The notes below the pieces were generated by a model. The model did no database searches. It saw only the letters and a program-made list of their open reading frames with translations, and was not told where the DNA came from. DNA of 63,982 nucleotides, the filler included, from Octopus bimaculoides (taxonomy: Eukaryota), in NCBI RefSeq assembly GCF_001194135.2. It is 9 parts of 8 records of this genome, joined end to end, with 100 filler letters (N's around TTAATTAATTAA, not from the genome) between each part and the next. Parts side by side here need not be neighbours in the genome. Positions count along the whole stretch, not along the records: positions 14,446 to 43,970 come from NC_068984.1; 8 more parts are not named here. One strand, 5' to 3'. The translations under genes and the position numbers were made by a program. Below are positions 24,730 through 37,892 of the stretch, piece after piece (positions within the stretch are counted from its first letter, which is position 1; each line of letters begins with the position of its first letter).

Positions 24730-25050
24730 TAGCTCAATGGCTGGAGCATCAGGCTCACAATCATGAAGTAGTGAGTTCGATTGCTGGACTGAGTTGTGTG
24801 TTGTGCTATTGAGCATGAACTTCATTTTGTGTTGTTCCAGTTCACTCAGCTGTAGAAATTAGTTGCGACATCATTGGTCCCAACCTGTATCGGTCTTTGA
24901 CTTTCTCTTAGATAATATAGGTGGCCTGGATAGAGGAGGCTGGTATGCAAGGGTGACTGCTGGTCTTCCATAAACAACCTTGCCTAGACATGTGCTTCGA
25001 AGGAGAACTTTCTAGGTGCAAACTAATGTCATTCATGACCAAAGGGGGTT
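24730..25050 (+). mobile_element. SINE family E, inverted relative to the previous copy
   Basis: gctcaatggctggagcatcaggctcacaatcatgaagtagtgagttcgatt..ttgcctagacatgtgc..ttctaggtgcaa; a partial relative lies at ~55985-56130. Confidence 0.8.
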
Positions 25051-26028
25051 TTTACACTTTTAACTGAGACAAATATTAGCTGTACACCTGGATTAAGTTA
25101 TATTGCCAATAATATTCCTAAAAATACTTAGTAGCTTTATAGGCATCCCTGAATAAATCAATGCAGCGGACTCTATAGTATTTATCTATTGATAGTAAGC
25201 CACAACAGACATAAATCAGAATGGGGACACTAGCTTTGTGACTCCCTTGGGTAACTGCTCATTGTGTCCATGCCTTAATACAGAACAGTTCATGGCCATT
25301 TATTTACTTCAACTACTTGAACTGAAGTAAATGTATTGAAAATTATATTTATTACATACTCAAAGATGTCCTGAAATGTATACAAAGCAATTAAATTCTG
25401 TAATCACTTCATGAATAAACATACATACTATCTCTATAATCACTCATAATTTTCCAACTTCAAATCCATCATAGCAAAGCAGAATGCAAAATGCAATAAC
25501 ATGAAATATCAAGTTTGCATGACACTGTTTTGCCTCCACAAATAAAATAAATGAATATCAGAAAAGCTAAAGGAATTGAATTTACCTTTACAATCATGAG
25601 AATAATTGATTCTACCTACCACTGATAAATAATTAGAGAAATAAGTTCTATAGCATCATTCTGAAGGTACACAAGATTGATTCATTCCCATGTAATGCAA
25701 ATTTCTGACAGAGGTTAAAAATCAGATAAAATAAAACCTTTAATTATTGAATATTATTATGTTTGAAAGTGGATCTTGTGGTTATTTTTTTTAGATATAA
25801 ACTGCATTTTTAAATGTGGAGAATGACATAAACTTGTATGGTTGTTTATGCCACTGGAACAAGGAGGTGTTTCTGAGTACACATTTAAGTGTGTTTATAA
25901 GCATTTGTTTACATTCAACTATCTATATCTATATGTGTATACATATAAATATATACATACATACACACACACACACATACATACATACATACATACATAC
26001 ATACATACATACATACATACATGCATAC

Positions 26029-26065
<37 letters not shown>

Positions 26066-27823
26066 GTACGTACATAATATATACATATATACATCCCATT
26101 ACACACACAAACACACTTGCATATAATGTTGAAATAAAATGAAATAAAAAAAAAAAAGAAATATTCATTTCAAAGATTATTACTAGAAATAGAAATATTT
26201 TGGAAACACATCAAGAAAATATAACAATAACATGAAAGAATAAAAAGAAAAGAGAAGAAATTAATAAAATAAGTAAAATGTAAAGAAATAAAATAAAATT
26301 GTAAATAGGTACATATATATAAATGCTGACAATAAAATGGGGGAAAGTTTCCTTTCTCACGTATTCCTTCCTAATCGATAGAAAATAGGGATTTACATGT
26401 GTATCTAATATATTTGTTTCATGCTGACATTAAAGGCTTATGGGTGTGTGTGTGTGTGTGTGTGTAAATACATGCAAATTTACACATACATACACATGTG
26501 CATAGATATACATGTTTACAACACACACACATACATATACATATGCTTATATAGGCATATATATACGCACATATATTATATGCACTCTTCTATATGTCCA
26601 ACATAGCATGCTTTCACATTTGTATATATGTGTGTATGTATGTGTGCGTGTGTGTGTGTGTATATATATTTGTGCGTGTGTGCATGTGTGTGTGTATATT
26701 TGTGCGTGTGTGTATGTGTGTGTGTGTATGTATCTGTGTATGACAGCTGCAGCATAAGAACAATGTTGATGATGATGATGACGACGACGATGACGAAGGT
26801 GGTGGTGGTGGCGGTGGTGGTGGTGGTGGTGTTTGTGATAGTGATGGTAGTGGCAGTGTGATGTTTTGACAACAGTCTTGTTACTGTGATGAGGCTGAAT
26901 ATATTAACATTGATGACGAAACTGTCTCATGATAATCATGAACTTAATCATAACCATGATAATTGTTGTTGTAATTGCATTTGTAGTTTAACCCTAGGTC
27001 AGGAATGATTGAGCAGACCTATGCAAAAACAGATATTTTAGCTGTAAACTGAAGTGCCTATAGAACCACTGACTCTTTAATCCACTGAATGCTGATATAA
27101 AATAGTAAGGAGGAATTTTGTGTTTTATTGCTACGCCTTGTTGTTCAAGTGCCCATCTTATGTGAAGTTACACACTGGTTTAAACCCTGATGGTTGATAG
27201 TGTTAGGATTTGGAAGTGCAGATGGTATTGATGGTGGCGGCGGTGGTAGTGGTAGTGGTGGTGGTGGTTGCGGTGGTGGTGGCGGTGGTAGGGATAGGGG
27301 TATGATGTTGATGATGTTTACAATGACTCTAAGAACACTGATGTCATTGATAATGATGATAGTAGTGGTGGTGGTGATGATACTGATGAAGACGACTGGG
27401 ATGTTGGTAACAATGATAATGATGTTAGTGATGACAATGAGGATGGAGTTGATGATGATGATGATGATAATGATGATGATAAGAATGAGGATGACAGAGA
27501 TAATGAAAAACAATTGTGATGGTGATGAAGGCTACGATGATGATGACAATGATGATAATGATGTTGGTGATGATGATTCAGCTAAGGTGGAAATATTAAT
27601 GGCCATGTACAAGACCAAATGGCAATAGTAAATGTGCAGGTGAAGCTGATGCCACCCTTGTTTAACTCACGGTCAAATTTTGGTTGAGAAGCCTAATGAG
27701 AAGAGTTGTTCAAACTGTGGCTATCACACTTCCTCTTCCACTCCACTTCATCCGACTCTTCTTCCTCCTACTTTTATATCTTCTTACTCAAAAATTTCAT
27801 CATTATTAATGGAGGTCATTATA

Positions 27824-28646
27824 CAGGGTGTCCCAAAAGTCACTTATGGGTTTCAGTTTTTAATAACTTTCTTAGCATAATGGACATTAATATACATAAG
27901 TGAAATTTTGTAACACCACTACATCACATATGAAAAATGACAATGCCTAAATGGCAGCCATTTTCGGCTTTGCATGTCTGTGATCTTTCCAAAACTTGCA
28001 CCATAACACCCTCAAGAGTTTCAGACCCCACTTCTCTGATTTCTCTATTTACATTCTCCTTCAGTTGCACCAGGGTCTCTGGTTTGTTGACGTAAACCCT
28101 CTTTTTTACATGTATCCCCCATAAGATAAATCCAGGCTAGTCAAGTCTGGGGAACGTAAAGGCCACTTGACATTGCCATAGTTGGAGATTATTCTCTCTC
28201 CAAAGCACTGCCATTGCAACTGCATTGTTTCTCTTGCAGTATGAGCAGTTACCGCATCTTGCTGGAACCATGTGTGAGGTCTACTTTGGTGGTGCAGAAA
28301 GATCTCAAGCATGCATACCTGAAAGAGAGGCTTCATGTCAACAACCCAGAGATCCTGGTGCAACTGAAGGAGAACATCAATAGAGAAATCAGAGAATTGG
28401 GGTCTGAAACTCTTGAGGGTGTTATGGTGCAAGTTTTGAAAAGAGAACAGGTGTGCGAAACTGAAAATGGCTGCCATTTAAGCGATGTTATTTTCTATAT
28501 GTGATGCAGTGGTGCTGCATAGTTTGACTTATGCATATTAATTTACATAATGTTCTTTACATTGTATCAAAATTTCATGCATTTATTTGAGAAATTAAGA
28601 AAGTTATTAAAAATTGAAACCCATCAGGGACTTTTGGAACACCCTG
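27824..28646. mobile_element. Same family, copy 2, TA-flanked, with ~280-330 bp inverted arms
   Basis: TA|CAGGGTGTCCCAAAAGTC ... GACTTTTGGAACACCCTG|TA. Minus strand: WFQQDAVTAHTARETM..WPLRSPDLTSLD. Plus strand: YLKERLHVNNPEILVQLKENINREI..ENGCHL. Confidence 0.9.
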
Positions 28647-28648
28647 TA

Positions 28649-29010
28649 GAAGAAAAGGGAAGAAGAGGAGGAGGAGGAGGCCAGAGGAGGAGGAGGAGGC
28701 CAGAGGAGGAGAACTAGGCCAGAGGAGGAGGCCAGAGGAGGAGAACGAGGCCAGAGGAGGAGGAGGAGGCCAGAGGAGGATAAACAGAAGGGTAGGAGGA
28801 GGTTAAGGAGAGGAGAAGGAGAAGGGGAGGAGGAGAACGTGGAGGGGAGAAGGGGAGAACTTAGAGGGCAGGAGGAGATGAAGAAGAAAAAGAAGAAAGA
28901 GGTTGAGTAGGGGAAGTGAAGAAGGAGGAGGAAACGAAGAAGAAGAAGAAGAAGAAGAAGAGTAGAAGGAGGAAGTGAAAGGAGAAGGAGAAAAGAAAGA
29001 AGAAGAATAA
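28649..29010 (+). repeat. Polypurine tract containing a GGCCAGAGGAGGA minisatellite
   Basis: About 7 variant units at 28678-28780, then (GAG)/(GAA) repeats. Confidence 0.85.
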
Positions 29011-29342
29011 TAAATGAAGGTGAGATTAATGATGATCATGATGATGATATACAATTAATAATGATTAAAGAAACAAACACATACAGAATTAGTAAAAATA
29101 ATAAAAAGGAATGAAAATAGAAATATAAAAAAACAGAAAAATATAAAAAATAAAACTATGTCGACTCAAATAGTACATGCTTATTGAGGCTTCTACAAAT
29201 GATGCAAAAGAAATCAAAACAACAGAGCATATATATATATATATATATTCATATATATATTTACACACATACGTATGTATATATTTGCATATGTATATAT
29301 GTATATATATATATTCACTCACACACACATAAATAAGGATTA

Positions 29343-29385
<43 letters not shown>

Positions 29386-29422
29386 ACACACATAGATAAG
29401 GATAAAATGTATATACATATAC

Positions 29423-29457
<35 letters not shown>

Positions 29458-29972
29458 GGTATATATGTATATCTATCACTTTTCTTTCTTTCCTCCCTCT
29501 CTCTATGTACATATATATATATATAGAGAGAGAGAGAGAGGGAAAGTGAGAGAGAGTGAGAGAGACAGAGATGGATACAGATATAAATATATATACATAC
29601 ATACGTATACACATAAACACGAACACACATATGCACACACACTCACACACACACACACTCACCAACATAGTATTCTTTGAAGATCTTATATTTTTCTGGC
29701 AGTATATCAATTGCTCAGAGTATGAACCAATCGATGGAATACTGCTACTATGTCTATAAAACACAAATATAATAATACTGATGCAAGTTCTATCTTAGAT
29801 TAACAATAACAACAACAACAACGACAACAACAACAACAGCAATAACAATAATAATAATCATAATAATAATAATAAACATAAAAAGAAAGAGGAAAGAAGA
29901 TGTGGGGCAATGTTGCTGTACATGTAAAAAAGGCACACATTCACTCATTTACTTGTATGATCGGTGACTGTA

Positions 29973-30012
<40 letters not shown>

Positions 30013-31858
30013 TGTATATATATGCATGTATACATACAAACAGATATTTATATATACATGTGTATATATGTGTGTGTATATATATATATGTANNNNNNNN
30101 NNNNNNNNNNNNNNNNNNNNNNNNNNNNNNNNNNNNNNNNNNNNNNNNNNNNNNNNNNNNNNNNNNNNNNNNNNNNNNNNNNNNNNNNNNNNNNNNNNNN
30201 NNNNNNNNNNNNNNNNNNNNNNNNNNNNNNNNNNNNNNNNNNNNNNNNNNNNNNNNNNNNNNNNNNNNNNNNNNNNNNNNNNNNNNNNNNNNNNNNNNNN
30301 NNNNNNNNNNNNNNNNNNNNNNNNNNNNNNNNNNNNNNNNNNNNNNNNNNNNNNNNNNNNNNNNNNNNNNNNNNNNNNNNNNNNNNNNNNNNNNNNNNNN
30401 NNNNNNNNNNNNNNNNNNNNNNNNNNNNNNNNNNNNNNNNNNNNNNNNNNNNNNNNNNNNNNNNNNNNNNNNNNNNNNNNNNNNNNNNNNNNNNNNNNNN
30501 NNNNNNNNNNNNNNNNNNNNNNNNNNNNNNNNNNNNNNNNNNNNNNNNNNNNNNNNNNNNNNNNNNNNNNNNNNNNNNNNNNNNNNNNNNNNNNNNNNNN
30601 NNNNNNNNNNNNNNNNNNNNNNNNNNNNNNNNNNNNNNNNNNNNNNNNNNNNNNNNNNNNNNNNNNNNNNNNNNNNNNNNNNNNNNNNNNNNNNNNNNNN
30701 NNNNNNNNNNNNNNNNNNNNNNNNNNNNNNNNNNNNNNNNNNNNNNNNNNNNNNNNNNNNNNNNNNNNNNNNNNNNNNNNNNNNNNNNNNNNNNNNNNNN
30801 NNNNNNNNNNNNNNNNNNNNNNNNNNNNNNNNNNNNNNNNNNNNNNNNNNNNNNNNNNNNNNNNNNNNNNNNNNNNNNNNNNNNNNNNNNNNNNNNNNNN
30901 NNNNNNNNNNNNNNNNNNNNNNNNNNNNNNNNNNNNNNNNNNNNNNNNNNNNNNNNNNNNNNNNNNNNNNNNNNNNNNNNNNNNNNNNNNNNNNNNNNNN
31001 NNNNNNNNNNNNNNNNNNNNNNNNNNNNNNNNNNGATTCTGAATTCAGTCACACAGCATGATATCTTGGGCAAGTGTATTCTACTATATCCATGCGCCAA
31101 CCAAAGTTTTGTGAGTGGATCTAGTATATGCAAGCTGAAAGAAGCCTGTCACATATATAAATATATATGTGTGTGCATGTGTGTTTTTCAGTGTGTATGT
31201 GTGTGTCTTTGATACTGCATTTGTTACCCACCACCACTTGACAACCAGTGTTGGTATGTTTATGTTCCTGTGACTTAGTGGTTCAGATGAGAGACCAACA
31301 GAATATGAACCAGGCTTTTAAATATGTAAGTACTGGCAGTTGATTTGTTCAACTAAATTTCCTTTAGGCCACAGTGTAATGACTGAAACAAGCAAGGATA
31401 AAAGAACGATATATGATAGTGTTATATAAATGTAATACAATGTACGAGTTGGAAAAACTTTGTTTAGCTGAAATTATCCATGACACTGTAATTAGTAAAT
31501 AAATACTCCCTCCAGGGTTAATTTGAAATCTAAAAACACTAAGTATGGGAGATAATTCTTTCTAGCTTTGACACAAGGCCAGCAGTTTTAAGTGGGATGG
31601 AGGGTCAAGTGTATCAACCTCAGTGCTCAACTGGTATCCATTTAATTAACCCTGAGTGGACGAACAGCAAAGTTGACTTCAGTAGAATTTGAAACTGGAA
31701 AGTAAAAATTCAGGAAGAAATGCTACCTAGCAGTTTGTCCAATGCGATAAGGATTCTGCCAGCTTGCTACCTTTATATGAAAGATAATGTCAATACGATC
31801 AGCTATTTAAATATTTCGGTAAATATAAGTTGTGCCAGATGGTTTTCAAAATTTTTAA

Positions 31859-32660
31859 TCTTTCAGCATTTAACCCTTTTGATACCGACCCAGATGAAAC
31901 TGTCTCTGGTTCTGTAGTACTTATGTCTTGTTTCCATAAGTTTTGAATTAAAATCTTCCACCAAACCTTAGTCACAATTTACATTCCTAACACCAGTTTA
32001 ATAACAACTAAGTTATTTTACTAAATTCTTTGTTATATTTAAAATTAAATGAAAGAAACACAGAGCATCTCAAAATAAATACGGTAACAAAAGGGTTAAA
32101 CTAGCCATATCTGGCCCAAATATTCTGTCTGTTTTATGTTCAAACTGGCTCCTCACACCTACCCGATAATGTCATACTAGAAATAAAAACTCACATCATC
32201 AAAATCTCATAGCTATGCGATACTGTATGATTAATTCAAAATAATGTGAATTAATAAGCATTACATTTGAGTAATCATCATCATCATCATCATCATCGTT
32301 TAACGTCCGCTTTCCATGCTAGCATGGGTTGGACGATTTGACTGAGGACTGGTGAAACCGGATGGCAACACCAGGCTCCAGTCTAATTTGGCAGAGTTTC
32401 TACAGCTGGATGCCCTTGAATTTTAAAATAGGCAGCAAGCTGGCAGAAACATTACCATGCCAGATGAAATGCTTAGTGGCATTTCACCTGTCTTTACGTT
32501 CTGAGTTCAAATTCTGCTGAGGTCGACTTTACTTTTCATCCTTTCAGGGTCGATAAATTAAATACCACTTACATACTGGGGTCAATCTAATCGACTGCCA
32601 CCCTCTCCAAAAATGTTGGGCCTTGTGACTGGAGTAGAAAAGAATATGAATACTAAAGGG
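31859..32660. mobile_element. piggyBac-type MITE (outer) hosting nested insertions
   Basis: TTAA at 31855-58 and 32661-64; degenerate TIRs tctttcagcatt / aatactaaaggg. Confidence 0.6.
31874..32095. mobile_element. piggyBac-type MITE (inner)
   Basis: TTAA|CCCTTTTGATACCG ... CGGTAACAAAAGGG|TTAA; 13 of 14 TIR bases match. Confidence 0.85.
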
Positions 32661-34959
32661 TTAATTGATAGCATTTATTGATACATGTTTTTTGATATGT
32701 TTGTGTATGGAAGTGCATCCAGCCATAGAAACCAAAGCCAAATCAGACTGGAACCTGCTGCAGCTAACCAGCTTACCTGCTCTGGTCAAACCATCCAACT
32801 CATGCCAGCATGGAAAAATGGACGTTAAAAGATTATGATGTGTATGTGCATGAATGTGTGGGAGTATATGTATATAAGCATGTGCGTTTATGTATACATG
32901 TATGTGCATATGTATACATGAATATATAATTATGTGTATATATGTGTGTGTGAGTGTGTGTGTATCGGGGAATGTATTACTATCTCCTTACTCTGAACTT
33001 GTGTGATTGTTGTAAGTAAGTGACACTGTCATGCAAGTGGTTCCCTTTGTTTCTAATCACCTGTGGAAACAGATTTAGTGATGGAGATATATTACATTAC
33101 AGGGAAACAAGTGAGAGTTGGTGGCAGGAAGGGCATCCATCTATATAAAATTTACCTCAGCAAATTCTGTCCAACCCATGCAATGATGATGACAACGACG
33201 ACGACGATGATGATGGTGGTGGTGGTGGTGGTGGTAGTGATGATGATGATGATGATGTCCTCGACAACGAACATGGAATTGCTATCCTTCATTTGGTCAT
33301 GTACTCTCACCGATTGCTTAGAACACTGAAGAAAAAAGTTATATTTTCCAATTATTTCTAAAAGGCAAATATTAGAAAACACATTTTTTAAACATATTCC
33401 TTCTTGTAGTTATGAATCTCATTCAACATTTTCAGAGTTTTGTATTAGTACTTTATTTTTTCTACATTTTTTTTTTCCATTTACCATTCTCTCATTGGTT
33501 CATGTGTTAGAAATTATAGTGTATTATGGAAAGGTTTTTTTCAAGTCACGTGCATGCATTAAAAGAATAAGTATTATGAAGTTTTGCAATGTCCACATTA
33601 CCAAAGCTGCTAATTCTGATATAACTCTAGTTACTAATATTTATCATCTCTCATAGCAAACCTAAATTTTATTATTATCCAAGTGAAATTTTATTTTTAT
33701 TCCAGTGAAATATCATTTAAAGATAACATCTTCATTGATGTCTGATTCCTCAAAATAGTCACACGATATTACTCTGAGTTTCTGTTAAAATAATTTTGCA
33801 ATATTTTTGCTTTCATTGTAAGAAATCAAATGCCAATTTTATTAATTCCTTATGCATTAAAATTTTAAAATTCTGCAAAATATTGGTTATATCAAATTCC
33901 TTACAGGCAATACTATAAAATATTCCAGCAAATAGCAAGACATGAAAAAAAAAAATGTCAAAACTTCATATAATATCTCATAAAAGAGCTGACAAATGAA
34001 AATATATAGCAACTGGCTGTTCTTAATATGTATTTAATCTACCATGAGAAGACCAATGTAAAATCATGAAGGAACTTTCATTTCTTTTTATAACACACAT
34101 GGTTACACATATACATATTACACACACACTCACACTCACTCACACACACAAATACACACACACATGTATGCATACATATACATACATGATTCACTTAAAT
34201 AGTTTGTAAAAAAATAAACAGAAAAAAATCGCAGATATGTATCACTGAAAATTTTGAATGAGATACATCACCGCAAGAAGGAGTATGTTAAAAAAAAAAT
34301 TGTTTTTAATATTTGCCTTTAAGAAATATCTGCAGACTGAAAATCAGATTAATAACTAAAGAGAATCTCGGAAAATTTTTTAAAAATATAATGACTGTTT
34401 CCTTCAATGTTCTATGCAACCAATGGGAAGAATTTCATAAAAAAAAAGAAGAAGAAACAAATAAACAAGCAAAAAAGAAAAAAAAACTATTTAAGTGAGG
34501 TAAATGCATTGAAACATAAAGAATATACACACAACAACTCAGGGAAAATGATACCAAATTATTAATGAAAACTCTCATGATACGGATTGCTTGCTTTGAA
34601 CAGAGCATAAAAATCTGACAAAGATATTTGTTGCAAAGTTAGGGAGAGATAAATGCATTTCGTCCAATATCTAAATTCCAGATGTAATAATTTTACATTA
34701 TTCGGAAACAAGTGAGAGTTGGTGACAGGAAAGGCGTCAGTCCATACAAAATTTACCTCAACAAATTCTGTCCAACCTATGCAATCATGATGATGATAAG
34801 AAGAAGAGGAGTGTCAACTTTTGGCACAAGGCCAGCAATTCTAAGGGATGGTGCAAGTCAGTCTCACTGAGACGTGACCTTAGAACATATATAGATCAAG
34901 GAGAAATGCAGCAAAGCATTTTTTCTGTGGTACTAATGATTCTGCCAGCTCACCAAGCC

Positions 34960-35198
34960 AAGTTATAGACAAATGGCTGCAGGAGATTGGAATAGAATGC
35001 CTAGGAGAGCTCTTACAGAAAGTTTGTCTCTTAGGGACAGCAAGGGCTATCAAGAGGATTCTAAGGTCTTGAAAGACTGCTGTAAATTTGTGAAAACATA
35101 AGGATACAAGAAGTAATCTGCTACCCACAAAATCCCTACCAGGAATAAGACCAAACCTGAGCCAAACCACAATAATAATAATGATGGGGATAATAATG

Positions 35199-35240
<42 letters not shown>
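34960..35240 (+). mobile_element. Extreme 3' end of an R4/Dong-type LINE with (TAA)n tail
   Basis: KWLQEIGIECLGELLQKVCLLGTARAIKRIL, then a short UTR and (TAA)n at ~35172-35240. Confidence 0.7.
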
Positions 35241-35727
35241 GTAATTGATTCTGGTTTTATTGGCCACAAGGGCTAATATAAATTAAAAACATATAAAGAC
35301 AAAGACAGGATGAAGGTTACAAAGGGTTTTGTCTGAAAAGAAAACGTTTGTGCAAACAGTGGAAAAACAGAGAAAGATATAACAAATAAAACTCTCAATA
35401 GGGGGAAGTGCTTCGAAAGGTTACACGTGGAAAAACCCATAAAAGCCACGGGAGCCTGGTCAGTGAATAAAAAGGGGTATAGAGCCCCTTCTCCTTTTAT
35501 ATTACCTTTTATTTTTTTACAGGTGTATCCTCAGAATTGGTCCGTTCATACTGGCCATTCTTCCAACAGTCACCCATCTTTCAACAAATTTGCTATGAGA
35601 CAGCACTTCCCTCTCTACTCTCTAATAATAATCCTTTCTACAATAGTCACAAGGCCTGAAATTTGAGATGGAAGGGGGCCTAGTTGATAAGGAGGAGGAT
35701 AATGGGGGAGGAGGAGGATAATGGTAG

Positions 35728-35781
<54 letters not shown>

Positions 35782-36443
35782 GGATGGTGATGATGATGAT
35801 GATGAAGATGATGATAAGAGCAAGGAAGGATTAATCCTCGCTGCTTGAGAACAAGATTTATGAACCAACTCAATCAAGTGTCACATTGATAGAAGAGCAG
35901 TATCACTTTTGTGTAGATTATATGATAAATCATTTGAGACATTCAGACATATAATAAATTAGCAGATGTTCAAAAACTGGTCTAAAACGAATACAAAAAA
36001 ATGCCATTAGAAAGTGGTAGTGAGAATACACAGAGAGTTCCATGGGAAGCATGGACTAGAATGTTCCAGTAAGTGGTATGCGCACAAACCTTTGCCAGCA
36101 GGTGAGAACGACCTGGTGAAACTCACATGTGATGCACCAATCTGTACAGATGAGTAACTGCAACTTAACTGACCAGGTAGCATTCTCCTGTGAAAGAATT
36201 CAAAGAATGAAGATTCATTGGTGTAACTATACTTGCAGACCAGAACATTGTGAAGACAGAGCATGAGAAAGTCGAGAAGTATCAAGACCTAGCATTGGAT
36301 GTGAAATGTATTCATAGAGCAGTGTTTCTCAACCATTTTACCCTCATGTAACACTTAAAATAAATTACATGTCTAAAGGAACACCTACACAGAAAAAAAA
36401 TTATATACCATATCCTTCTCATATTTTTCATTGTAGTTCACAT

Positions 36444-36476
<33 letters not shown>

Positions 36477-36484
<8 letters not shown>

Positions 36485-36797
36485 ATATACAAAAAATAAC
36501 AACAGACGAGGACAGGTGGTGTAAATAACAAAAGTATATATTAGTATGACGCTCGGGAATACGGAAAGTCTTTGACGTTTCGAGCTACGCTCTTCAACAG
36601 AAAGAATACGGAGACAAGGAGAAAAACACGGAGAAAAAAAATTGAATAGTGTTCAGTCAACGGTCAATCATAATAATGGCCGATCATAACAATGGCTGAC
36701 CGGAAGTTAGAAATTCTTATTTCAGGAGAGCTAAGAAAGGGGGAGATAACAAACGGTGATCGGGAACGAGGGGCTGTGTGTGGGAGGTAGACTGCTG
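36477..36797 (-). mobile_element. PLE-type 3' terminal repeat (pLTR) fragment, ending in (TA)n
   Basis: Carries a hammerhead-like motif about 95 nt from its end and abuts (TA)n at 36448-36476. It is homologous to 6921-7090. The 5' part is lost in a gap. Confidence 0.6.
36569..36605 (-). ncRNA. Variant minimal type I hammerhead ribozyme motif
   Basis: Minus strand reads UCUUU-CUGUUGA-A-GAGC(GUA)GCUC-GAAA-CG-UC-AAAGA. Stem I is UCUUU/AAAGA, stem II is GAGC/GCUC, stem III is palindromic ACGU, and the triplet is GUC. It deviates from the canonical core by A6>U plus an extra A. Confidence 0.55.
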
Positions 36798-37250
36798 NNN
36801 NNNNNNNNNNNNNNNNNNNNNNNNNNNNNNNNNNNNNNNNNNNNNNNNNNNNNNNNNNNNNNNNNNNNNNNNNNNNNNNNNNNNNNNNNNNNNNNNNNNN
36901 NNNNNNNNNNNNNNNNNNNNNNNNNNNNNNNNNNNNNNNNNNNNNNNNNNNNNNNNNNNNNNNNNNNNNNNNNNNNNNNNNNNNNNNNNNNNNNNNNNNN
37001 NNNNNNNNNNNNNNNNNNNNNNNNNNNNNNNNNNNNNNNNNNNNNNNNNNNNNNNNNNNNNNNNNNNNNNNNNNNNNNNNNNNNNNNNNNNNNNNNNNNN
37101 NNNNNNNNNNNNNNNNNNNNNNNNNNNNNNNNNNNNNNNNNNNNNNNNNNNNNNNNNNNNNNNNNNNNNNNNAGAATTTATCAAGTAGTCAGCGTGAAAA
37201 AAACCTCATAATGAAAAAAAATTCATCATTTTTTTCCATAAATATATATA

Positions 37251-37640
37251 ATTTATATAAAGGGCATTAACTGTGTAGTAATGCCTCACACTTTGAGGGA
37301 CTAAATAAGTAAAAAACTACCAAAAAATAAGCAACATATTTACAGAAAGCAAGGGAATGCATGGGTACATTGTGGTATGTTGATTCTTGTTTATTTTTAT
37401 GTATCTCGACCATACATGTACTAATGAACAAAAGATGCAGGTTACTTCACAGTTTTTCTGTATTGATTGAGAAACCAGTGGTTTACCGTTAAGTTAAATG
37501 TTTTTAAGTAAGTGATTAATTTTGAAAGCTGCATTCTCTCGCTTTCGGTAAATATGTTGCTTATTTTTTGGTAGTTTTTTACTTATTTAGTCCCTCGAAG
37601 CGTGAGGCATTACTACACAGTTAATGCCCTTAATATAAAT
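37251..37640. mobile_element. MITE with ~110-bp inverted arms nested in the hAT element
   Basis: 37251-37360 is the reverse complement of 37531-37640 with few mismatches, around a ~170-bp spacer. Confidence 0.8.
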
Positions 37641-37703
37641 TAAATATATATATATACATACATACATACAAACACATACATACATACATACATACACACA
37701 TAC

Positions 37704-37752
<49 letters not shown>

Positions 37753-37786
37753 NNNNNNNNNNNNNNNNNNNNNNNNNNNNNNNNNN

Positions 37787-37892
37787 TACATACCACAAAA
37801 ATTTGGGATAATTTCGAAAGGAAATGAAAAATAAAAACTTTTACCAATCTATATTCTGTACCATGGTTTCAAGTCAATTTTTGTGGTATGTA
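37787..37892. mobile_element. Small MITE-like inverted repeat
   Basis: tacataccacaaaaatt ... aatttttgtggtatgta, 17-bp perfect arms. Confidence 0.6.

Noticed and set aside
25620-25660. 41-nt minus-strand exon candidate (NDAIELISLIIYQW)
   Set aside because: Isolated, with no homology recognised.
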